The notes under the pieces: model-generated
Told to the model about the DNA's origin: nothing
Database searches by the model: none
Seen by the model: the letters and a program-made list of their open reading frames with translations, nothing else
Source of the DNA: a virus
Virus record (IMG/VR): IMGVR_UViG_3300033153_008361
Location: 1-64,000 of that record
Length of the DNA: 64,000 nucleotides
Reading direction: 5' to 3' (one strand)
Made by a program: the position numbers and the translations under genes
Shown here: positions 30,331 through 36,725 of the stretch, one piece after another
How positions within the stretch are numbered: position 1 is the stretch's first letter
Layout: the number at the start of each line of letters is the position of its first letter

Positions 30331-30628
30331 TATCCCCCCGCCGTTTTACCTCTCCATAGGTCTTTTGCTCCCACTCCTGGAAAGTGGCAATGGTTGTTGG
30401 GGTGACTTCCAGCGCACCGCCAGGAAGCCGATCCAGCACTCCGCGCCGGCCGAGTCTACGCAAACACCTTCGAGCGCCATTGTCAATGTTGTCCCGGTGC
30501 GGGAAGGCGGTCGTGGGCACTACCCGGTCCCCCACATAGTAAAACTTGTCGAAAAGCCTCTCTAAGGCTCTCCCCTGTGCGGCCGTGATCTCGATTTTTG
30601 TAAGCTGCTCCGCTTCATCTCTGTCCAT
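30323..30628 (-). CDS. first gene of the leftward operon, hypothetical
   Basis: Start moved to ATG 30628 (MDRDEAEQ). It is preceded by GGAAGGAGTAGCGAAATG, a copy of the conserved initiation motif. Confidence 0.55.
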   Translation of the reverse strand: MDRDEAEQLTKIEITAAQGRALERLFDKFYYVGDRVVPTTAFPHRDNIDNGARRCLRRLGRRGVLDRLPGGALEVTPTTIATFQEWEQKTYGEVKRRGDNG

Positions 30629-30648
30629 TTCGCTACTCCTTCCTAATA

Positions 30649-30970
30649 CCCCCATATGTGGCCCTGGCTGAGCCTAAACCCGCGTTTTGGGCCGGCCGTG
30701 TCTACATATGGGGGGTCTGGTGCGGCTTGTAGTAACTACAATAGCATCGTCCAACCTTCAAGTTACTACCCGTTGCCCGGATTCCACAGGTCGTCCACCG
30801 TCACCTTGTACCGTGTCTTGCGGCTCAGCTATTAGCCGATTAAAAGCCGTGTCCTGCGGCCGGCCGGTGTTCCGCGTCTCCTTCTCCTACCTTGTTAAAG
30901 CAGGTCCGGCCGTTCCCCCGCGCCCTAAGCACAAGGACTACCGGACCTGCGAGGTTTAACCTACCGCACC
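30649..30970 (-). ncRNA. candidate structured RNA / long structured 5' leader of the leftward operon
   Basis: Nested perfect stems are present. They are 30649-59/30704-14 (11 bp), 30719-25/30964-70 (7 bp, closing), 30729-37/30761-69 (9 bp) and 30900-09/30941-50 (10 bp). A direct repeat CCGTGTCYTGCGG lies near 30821 and 30848. There is no credible ORF. The strand is inferred from the promoter at 31124-31152. Confidence 0.45.
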
Positions 30971-31022
30971 GTAAAGGGCTGTTTTATATGGTCGTCACGC
31001 TTCGACCTATACTTTTGTTAAA

Positions 31023-31114
31023 GAATCGCCCTGGACAATAATTCTACTTATCCCTGATTGCTCATCAACGTGCGGGTCAATTCGCAATACCTTATATATG
31101 GTGCCAGGGCGATT
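31023..31114. promoter_or_regulatory. 11-bp inverted repeat pair flanking 70 nt
   Basis: AATCGCCCTGG (31023-33) pairs with CCAGGGCGATT (31104-14). It lies immediately downstream of the predicted leftward transcription start. Confidence 0.5.
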
Positions 31115-31123
31115 ACGCTTTCT

Positions 31124-31152
31124 ATAATATCAGATGTTATAGTGTTGGTCAA
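31124..31152 (-). promoter_or_regulatory. sigma70-like leftward promoter
   Basis: The minus strand reads TTGACC (31152-47), a 17-nt spacer, then TATTAT (31129-24). Confidence 0.5.
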
Positions 31153-31607
31153 GGGCAAAGCTGCACAGGCTTGAGCTATATGGCTCAGCTGGGGGGGCTT
31201 GGGATCTCGTCACCCATTTTAGGCTATCGAATCCGGCCGTTGAATCCTACCATGATCGATTATGATAACCTAGATTGTAATAATCGATCAGGCGGTCCGC
31301 CTGATGACAGGCAGAAGCAGCGGAGATCGAGCGGTCCGCCTGTCTCCCTGATGACACAGAAGCAGAAGCGGAGATCGCCTGAGCGGACCGCGGTTTTTTT
31401 CTGTTTGTTTTTTTCTGTCTGCTTAGATAATGTTTTTCTGTGTCTGTGTCGCTGTCTCCCTGTCTGCCTGATGAGACACAGAAGCGGACCGCCTGATCGG
31501 TCTGTGTGTGTGTTTGATGAGACAGAAGCGGACCGCCTGATCGGTCTGTGTGTCTCCCTGTGTGGCGATCTCTGTGTGTGTCTGCTTCTGTGTCCGCTTC
31601 TGTGTCT

Positions 31608-31631
31608 CCGCCTAATACAGGCGGGTTTTTT
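31608..31631 (+). terminator. terminator-like hairpin
   Basis: CCGCCT-aatac-AGGCGG is followed by GTTTTTT. Confidence 0.55.
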
Positions 31632-31747
31632 CTGTCTGTGTGTCGAGATCAGGCGGAGATCGGACCGCTCAGGCGATCTCTGCTTCTGTGTCGCATTCTA
31701 AGCGGAGACAGGCGGAGATCAGGCGGTCCGCTTTCTATATAGTACAG

Positions 31748-31772
31748 ACCGCCTATTTTTGTGGCGGTTTTT
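31748..31772 (+). terminator. terminator-like hairpin
   Basis: ACCGCC-tatttttgt-GGCGGT is followed by TTTT. It sits just upstream of the rightward promoter. Confidence 0.5.
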
Positions 31773-31786
31773 CCCTGTGATCTCAC

Positions 31787-31816
31787 TTGACAATAATTGA
31801 CATTATAGGTTATGAT
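31787..31816 (+). promoter_or_regulatory. sigma70-like rightward promoter
   Basis: TTGACA (31787-92), an 18-nt spacer, then TATGAT (31811-16). It is followed by the hairpin GGTCCGCGG-aaaaa-CCGCGGACC. Confidence 0.45.
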
Positions 31817-31882
31817 TTAGGTCCGCGGAAAAACCGCGGACCGCTCAGGCAGACACAAGAACACACAAGGAGTAAAGCGATA

Positions 31883-32356
31883 ATGACAGGCATTACAGAG
31901 AATACAGGAAAAACCGATCTAATTATTAGAGATCACAGACTCACAGAAGCGGACCGCCTGTATAAAAAATCATTCGATCTACACTTGAAAGCGGAGACAC
32001 AACTCGCACTATCTGAGATCATACGAGATCAGGCGGTCCGCTTAAAACTACAGGCGGAGAAAGCAGAAGCAGAAGCGGAGACAGGCGATCATTATATGGT
32101 TTTTCATTTTACTTGTGATCTAGTCATAGGGCACAATTTTACAGGGAGTGAAGTTATATTTTCCGCTATAGATGAGATCGAGATCATAAGACACACAGAA
32201 GCGGACCGCAAAAAATACGATCAATTAATTGTCCGCTTCTGCTTAGAAAAAAATCCGCTATTCCATATTGATACATTGTATTTTACTCTGAGCGATATAT
32301 CACATATTGACGATCACACAGGCGGACAATATAAACTCACAGAGATCACAATATAA
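31883..32356 (+). CDS. small TEADR-motif protein, paralog family member
   Basis: ATG 31883 follows AAGGAGTAAAGCGATA. The track start at 31787 is the promoter TTGACA. The protein has TEADRL, AEAEAE, DHYMVF and EIEI blocks shared with 32596-32913. Confidence 0.65.
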   Translation: MTGITENTGKTDLIIRDHRLTEADRLYKKSFDLHLKAETQLALSEIIRDQAVRLKLQAEKAEAEAETGDHYMVFHFTCDLVIGHNFTGSEVIFSAIDEIEIIRHTEADRKKYDQLIVRFCLEKNPLFHIDTLYFTLSDISHIDDHTGGQYKLTEITI

Positions 32357-32411
32357 CGGACCGCGGACCGCTCAGGCGGTCCGCCTGTACTTTACAAGGA
32401 GTAAAGCGATT
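32357..32411 (+). repeat. intercistronic hairpin-plus-RBS cassette, copy 1
   Basis: CGGACC-GCGGACCGC-TCAG-GCGGTCCGC-CTGTACTTTAC-AAGGAGTAAAGCGATT, then ATG. Confidence 0.85.
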
Positions 32412-32537
32412 ATGATCAAAGTATGGTTTTTTTGTGTTCTTGTTAGCATTCTGCTTTTGTACTACACAGAAGCGATCACAGCGGTTTTTTTTCTGATCGC
32501 TGTGGTTTTATATGAAACATGGAAGACGATCAATTAA
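32412..32537 (+). CDS. 41-aa membrane micropeptide
   Basis: The ATG follows the conserved cassette. The product is MIKVWFFCVLVSILLLYYTEAITAVFFLIAVVLYETWKTIN. Confidence 0.5.
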   Translation: MIKVWFFCVLVSILLLYYTEAITAVFFLIAVVLYETWKTIN

Positions 32538-32595
32538 TATCAGACCGCGGACCGCTCAGGCGGTCCGCCTGTACTTTACAAGGAGTAAAGCGATA
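32538..32595 (+). repeat. intercistronic hairpin-plus-RBS cassette, copy 2
   Basis: The stem is 32547-55/32560-68 (9 bp, perfect) with loop TCAG. CTGTACTTTACAAGGAGTAAAGCGATA follows. Confidence 0.85.
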
Positions 32596-32913
32596 ATGAA
32601 CGATCACATATTGACAGAAGCAGCGGAGACAGAAGCGGACCGCCTAAGCATAGAAGCGGAGATCAAGCGATCTCACACTCGACACAGAGAGACTCACCAC
32701 AGCGATCATTTTATGGTTTTTTCTGTCTGTGGTGATTTTACCCATTATGATCACCTGATCGCTTCTGTCTCCCTGATGGCAGACACAGAGATCGAGATCG
32801 ATTATATTGGCGAGCACACTATGATCGGTCTGATTATTTTGCCAAATGCTACAGAAGCGGAGATCACAGAAGCGGACCGCCTGTATAGTGAATTACAAGG
32901 AGTAAAGCGATAA
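32596..32913 (+). CDS. small TEADR-motif protein, paralog family member
   Basis: ATG 32596 (MNDHILTEAAETEADRL). DHFMVF and EIEI blocks are shared with 31883-32356. The ORF ends inside the next initiation motif (TAATG). Confidence 0.65.
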   Translation: MNDHILTEAAETEADRLSIEAEIKRSHTRHRETHHSDHFMVFSVCGDFTHYDHLIASVSLMADTEIEIDYIGEHTMIGLIILPNATEAEITEADRLYSELQGVKR

Positions 32914-33410
32914 TGACACACAACAATTGTGGTTTTAACAGACCACAGAGATCGAGCGGTCCGCGGTCCGCTTCTGTACTTTCTCCGCCTGAGTGTGAGA
33001 ACACATGGCGATCAGAGATAAAAAACCGCCACACATGCAAAGTAAAAAATACACAGGGAGACTCCGATCTCACTCTGATCTCTGACACACAGGAGATCGA
33101 TCACATTGGCGATTATTTAGGCATTAATCGCCTGAGTGAGGATTATGGTTGTCTGTTTGTCGAGATCGCTGATGGCGATTATGGTCATATATTGGGCTGT
33201 GAGTCTAATATTCCATACTTAGAAAAAATATTATATGACATAGATTATTATGAGGAAACATGGCGGTTTTTTCAGGAGATCGCAGAAAAACACAGCGAGA
33301 TCTATTGTCCTATGTGTGGCGGAGACTCCGCTCACTTGGGCACACTTGGCACACTTGATCATTATCGCTGTGTAATGTGTCATATGGAATTCTCACGATC
33401 TCAGGAGTAA
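32913..33410 (+). CDS. hypothetical protein with C-terminal zinc ribbon
   Basis: It follows the conserved initiation motif. It contains CPMCGG...HYRCVMC. Confidence 0.6.
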   Translation: MTHNNCGFNRPQRSSGPRSASVLSPPECENTWRSEIKNRHTCKVKNTQGDSDLTLISDTQEIDHIGDYLGINRLSEDYGCLFVEIADGDYGHILGCESNIPYLEKILYDIDYYEETWRFFQEIAEKHSEIYCPMCGGDSAHLGTLGTLDHYRCVMCHMEFSRSQE

Positions 33411-33420
33411 AGCGATAATA

Positions 33421-33476
33421 ACAGACCGCGGACCGCTCAGGCGGTCCGCCTACACTTTACAAGGAGTAAAGCGATA
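33421..33476 (+). repeat. intercistronic hairpin-plus-RBS cassette, copy 3
   Basis: It has the same unit with CTACACTTTAC. It is preceded at 33404 by a degenerate initiation motif lacking an ATG (GGAGTAAAGCGATAATA). Confidence 0.85.
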
Positions 33477-33791
33477 ATGAACGATCAAACAATAGCAGAG
33501 ATGGCATATACAGAAGCGGACCGCCTGAACACAGAAGCGGACCGCCTACAGGCAGAAGCGATCAAAATACAGGCAGAAGCGGACCGCCTGATCGAAAAAA
33601 TCACGAGCGGACCGCCTGATCTTGTGTATTACCAATACACAGGGAGATCGGATTTTTTCAATTATGAGAATTCGGGTGATCTCTGTTTTCACACTCCGCC
33701 ACAAGCGGAGAAAGCAGCGATCAATAATGGATTAATTACATGGCGAGTGATCATGGTCTGTGAGTATGTTGTCAAGACAGGGAAAGTATAA
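33477..33791 (+). CDS. small TEADR-motif protein, paralog family member
   Basis: MNDQTIAEMAYTEADRLNTEADRLQAEAIKIQAEADRL... Confidence 0.65.
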   Translation: MNDQTIAEMAYTEADRLNTEADRLQAEAIKIQAEADRLIEKITSGPPDLVYYQYTGRSDFFNYENSGDLCFHTPPQAEKAAINNGLITWRVIMVCEYVVKTGKV

Positions 33792-33792
33792 A

Positions 33793-34458
33793 ATGAACGA
33801 TCTAATACTGGCAGAAGCGGAAAAAAAGAAAGCAGAAGCGGACCGCCACAGAAAAACCGCGGACCGCCTGATCGCAGAAGCGGACCGCCTGTCAAACGTA
33901 TTTTATCTTAGAGATGAGATCGCAGAGAAAGCGGACCGCCTACAGGCAGAAGCGGACCGCCTGATCGCTTTCGCTGATCGCCTGATGGCAGAAGCGGAGA
34001 AAGCAGAAGCGGACCGCCTGATCGATAAAATCAGAAGCGGAGAAAAAATCAGAACATGGAAACATAAAACCGGCCTGTTTTTTATCGATCAGGAGATCAC
34101 AGAGATCGAGATCGAATTATGGCAGACAGGCAGAAGCAGAAGCGGAGACAGAGATCGCCTGTCTTATGTTTTAAGTGAGAATAGTGTGCCTGTATTTTAT
34201 GGTTTATCTGATCTAGGAATTCCGCCACACATGGCAATAGATAGCGATCTCTCTGTGTGTGCCTGTCTGTTTTTTCTCGCACTCAGGCAGGGAGACACAG
34301 ACAGTGATTATTTTGAAAACTACACAGACACACAATTACAATGGATACACTCACAGACCGCCACAGAGATCAGGGAGATCGTGAGCATATGTGAGGAAAA
34401 TGATCTCACACTCGATCAGGCGATCTCTGTTATGTTAGCATGGGAAACAGAAAAATAA
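33793..34458 (+). CDS. ADRL-repeat coiled-coil protein, paralog family member
   Basis: ATG 33793 (MNDLILAEAEKKKAEADRH). Seven ADR(L/H) repeats are present. It has a GGGAAAG RBS. Confidence 0.65.
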   Translation: MNDLILAEAEKKKAEADRHRKTADRLIAEADRLSNVFYLRDEIAEKADRLQAEADRLIAFADRLMAEAEKAEADRLIDKIRSGEKIRTWKHKTGLFFIDQEITEIEIELWQTGRSRSGDRDRLSYVLSENSVPVFYGLSDLGIPPHMAIDSDLSVCACLFFLALRQGDTDSDYFENYTDTQLQWIHSQTATEIREIVSICEENDLTLDQAISVMLAWETEK

Positions 34459-34516
34459 TATCAGACCGCGGACCGCTCAGGCGGTCCGCCTGTACTTTAC
34501 AAGGAGTAAAGCGATT
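34459..34516 (+). repeat. intercistronic hairpin-plus-RBS cassette, copy 4
   Basis: It is identical in core to copy 2. Confidence 0.85.
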
Positions 34517-34969
34517 ATGATCAGTTTAGAAGCAGCAAAAAATCTCACACATGGCGAGATCATTTATCACATAAGTCATAGGAATGCCGATCAGACTCCG
34601 CAGAGATGGCGCATTAATGGCAAAGTGAAAACATGGAGAACCAGACCACAGGAGATCAGTATACCTATAAAACACGGTTTATATGATTATGGTTATTTAA
34701 CACACAATGATCTTGATCTTGTGTGTCTGTCAGAAGCAGAAGCGGAGATCGTGACGAACTCAGGCACAGAGATCGGACATTATGATTATTTATATCGAAA
34801 CATAAAACACAGAGATTATATTTATGGCTGTGTGTTACCACAGGCGGACCGCCTACAGAGATCGATCATTGTAGGCGGAGATCGGACAATTGATGATCAG
34901 GGAGTGACAACAATTACAGGCGGAATCACCTATTATTTTCCTATAGGTGAGGAATCCGGCCTAAATTGA
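34517..34969 (+). CDS. hypothetical protein
   Basis: ORF track. It follows the conserved cassette. Confidence 0.6.
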   Translation: MISLEAAKNLTHGEIIYHISHRNADQTPQRWRINGKVKTWRTRPQEISIPIKHGLYDYGYLTHNDLDLVCLSEAEAEIVTNSGTEIGHYDYLYRNIKHRDYIYGCVLPQADRLQRSIIVGGDRTIDDQGVTTITGGITYYFPIGEESGLN

Positions 34970-34998
34970 CAGAAAAACCACAAACAGACCACAAACAG

Positions 34999-35036
34999 AC
35001 CACAGAGATCGATCAGGTGATCTCTGTGGTTTTTTC
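34999..35036 (+). terminator. rho-independent terminator
   Basis: ACCACAGAGATC-gatcaggt-GATCTCTGTGGT is followed by TTTTT. Confidence 0.8.
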
Positions 35037-35560
35037 TGTGTGTAGACCACAGAAGCAGCGGAGATCGGACCGCCTGAGCGGTCCGCCTGTCTGCCTGTCT
35101 GCTTCTGCGGTCTGTGTGCCTGTCTCCCTGTCACTTTGATCGAGATCGGACCGCTCAGGCGGTTTTTTTCCGATCAGGCGGTCCGCCTGTCTGCCTGTCT
35201 GCTTCTGCTTCTGTGGTCTGTGTCATCAGGCAGAAGCAGAAGCAGAGATCGCCTGAGCGGACAATACAGGCGATCTCTGTGTCTGCCTGTCTGCTTCTGC
35301 CTGTCTCCGCTGCTTCTGCTTCTGCTTCTGCGGTCTGTGTGTCTGTCTCCCTGTCACTTTGATCGAGATCGGACCGCTCAGGCGGAGATCGATCAGGCGG
35401 TCCGCCTGTCTGCTTCTGTTATCCCAGGACACAGACCGCCACAGAGATCAGGCGGACCGCGGACCGCTCAGGCGGAGATCGATCAGGCGGTCCGCCTGTC
35501 TTCCCAGCTGGGATCGGCCGACTGGCAGAAGCAGCGGAGATCAGGCGATCATGGTTCATT
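35037..35560. repeat. word-repeat island B (ORF-free)
   Basis: It uses the same vocabulary. A 62-bp direct repeat (35101-35162 and 35324-35385) has one mismatch. A long imperfect palindrome lies at 35224-35300. Confidence 0.85.
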
Positions 35561-35691
35561 CACACGCGCAAAAATGATCGGTGAGCAGAATTTTATAATG
35601 TTTTCGGCCGGGTCTTTTTGGTTTTTCTGGTTTTTTTTATTGGTTTACGGCCGGGTTTTTCCGGCGCGATTACACACAAGGAGTAAAGTAT

Positions 35692-36063
35692 ATGATCACA
35701 GCTATAGTTATGGGCGCATATGGTAAAAAAGATGAGTACAGAGTGGATCGACTTGCTAACCGTGGCGAGTGGTTCGGTAAAACTTGGTTCGTTGGGATCG
35801 GTTGCGGGTTCGATATACACCGCGTAGTAGTAGAAGCGGACAATGAGTCAGAGGTGATCGACGCCTTGACGGATTCGGCCGCTGGTCACTTGATAAAAGT
35901 TGATGAGGAATGCCCCCATCAAGATCCTGATCAATGGGATCAATGTAATTGCACATTTGCCGGTAATTTTTCTGATCGCGTCGATCTGGATGACATTCGA
36001 ATTCTGAAGCGTTGCAAAGTAAAATATTTTGAACCGGCCGATCGTTGGTTGGATATTAGCTAA
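35692..36063 (+). CDS. hypothetical protein
   Basis: ORF track. It has an AAGGAGTAAAGTAT start region. Confidence 0.6.
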   Translation: MITAIVMGAYGKKDEYRVDRLANRGEWFGKTWFVGIGCGFDIHRVVVEADNESEVIDALTDSAAGHLIKVDEECPHQDPDQWDQCNCTFAGNFSDRVDLDDIRILKRCKVKYFEPADRWLDIS

Positions 36064-36420
36064 ACAGACAGACACAGACCACAGGATCAGACAGGATCGG
36101 CCGGTTTTCGGCCGGTCCTGAGTGTGATCGCGTCTCTGTATGGTTTTACCTGTCTGCCTGTCTGCCTGTCTGCCTGAGCGGAGATCGGACCGCTTGATCG
36201 GTCTGCTTCTGCTTCTGTGTCTCCGCTTGTGCCTGTCTGCCTGTGTTCTCATTGGGCGGACCGCTCAGGCGATCTCTGTGTGTGTGTCCGCCTGTCTGCC
36301 TGTGTCCTCATCAGGCGGACCGCTCAGGCGATCTCTGTGTCTCCCTGTCTGCCTGTCTGCTTCTGTGTGTCTGCCTGTGTCCTCATCAGGCGGAGATCGG
36401 CCGGTTCTACCACAGGTAAA
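36064..36420. repeat. word-repeat island C (ORF-free)
   Basis: It has CTGTCTGCCTGTCTGCC runs. GCGGACCGCTCAGGCGATCTCTGTGT occurs twice, near 36256 and 36315. Confidence 0.85.
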
Positions 36421-36532
36421 ACGCGCCGGCGCGGAAAGTCTGAACGGCCGTTCGATCCTTGCCGGCCAACGGTCCGCGGCGAGTGTGGTCGAGCGGGCAG
36501 CGGGCGGACCGTGGGCGGGGGCGCTTCTACTA

Positions 36533-36640
36533 TATACACGCGGGATCGACATAGGCGAGCAGAATTTACACGCGCTAAGGGGTTCGGCCGCCTTAAAAAA
36601 TACACGCGGCCGGGGAGGTGCGAGCAGAATTTACACGCGG
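36533..36640. promoter_or_regulatory. tandem ~65-bp unit carrying a 20-bp perfect direct repeat (operator or iteron candidate)
   Basis: GCGAGCAGAATTTACACGCG occurs at 36555-74 and 36620-39. ATACACGCGG occurs at 36534 and 36600. A related copy (CACACGCGC...GAGCAGAATTT) lies at 35563-35594. Confidence 0.6.
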
Positions 36641-36697
36641 ATCGAAGGGGGGCGGGCTGGAGTTGGCAGCAAATCGGGCGGATCGGTTCTCATTTAC

Positions 36698-36725
36698 TTG
36701 ACAAGCAATTATAAGGTGTTATTAT
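36698..36725 (+). promoter_or_regulatory. sigma70-like promoter
   Basis: TTGACA (36698-703), a 16-nt spacer, then TATTAT (36720-25). Confidence 0.5.

Larger units (their letters stand above)
31270..31786. repeat. word-repeat island A (ORF-free)
   Basis: It is built from CAGAAGC, GGAGATC, GCGGWCCGC, CAGGCGG, CTGTCTGC and TCTGTGTG in both orientations. It includes a 46-bp tandem duplication (31470 and 31516). Confidence 0.85.

Noticed and set aside
30687-30959. ORF 30687..30959 in the structured leader.
   Set aside because: It has no RBS and an implausible composition. It coincides with nested perfect stems, which are better explained as RNA or DNA structure.
31298-31530. Hammerhead-ribozyme-like CUGAUGA cores (CCTGATGACAGG, CCTGATGACACAG, CCTGATGAGACACAG, TTTGATGAGACAG).
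   Set aside because: I could not place a stem II followed by GAAA and a stem III with a cleavage triplet around any copy. The heptamer arises from juxtaposition of the common words CCTGAT and GACAG.
31171-31742. ORFs 31171..31701 and 31548..31742 in island A.
   Set aside because: Their translations are Cys/Leu/Arg/Ser low-complexity sequence from repeat words. They have no RBS and they cross terminator-like hairpins.
31787-31882. The ORF-track TTG start at 31787 for the first rightward gene.
   Set aside because: That TTG is the first triplet of a TTGACA -35 box. A perfect AAGGAGTAAAGCGATA-ATG initiation region lies at 31869-31885.
31270-36420. A CRISPR array.
   Set aside because: There is no regularly spaced identical repeat with unique spacers of constant length. 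The repeats are interspersed, occur in both orientations and also lie inside ORFs. There are no cas genes in the window.
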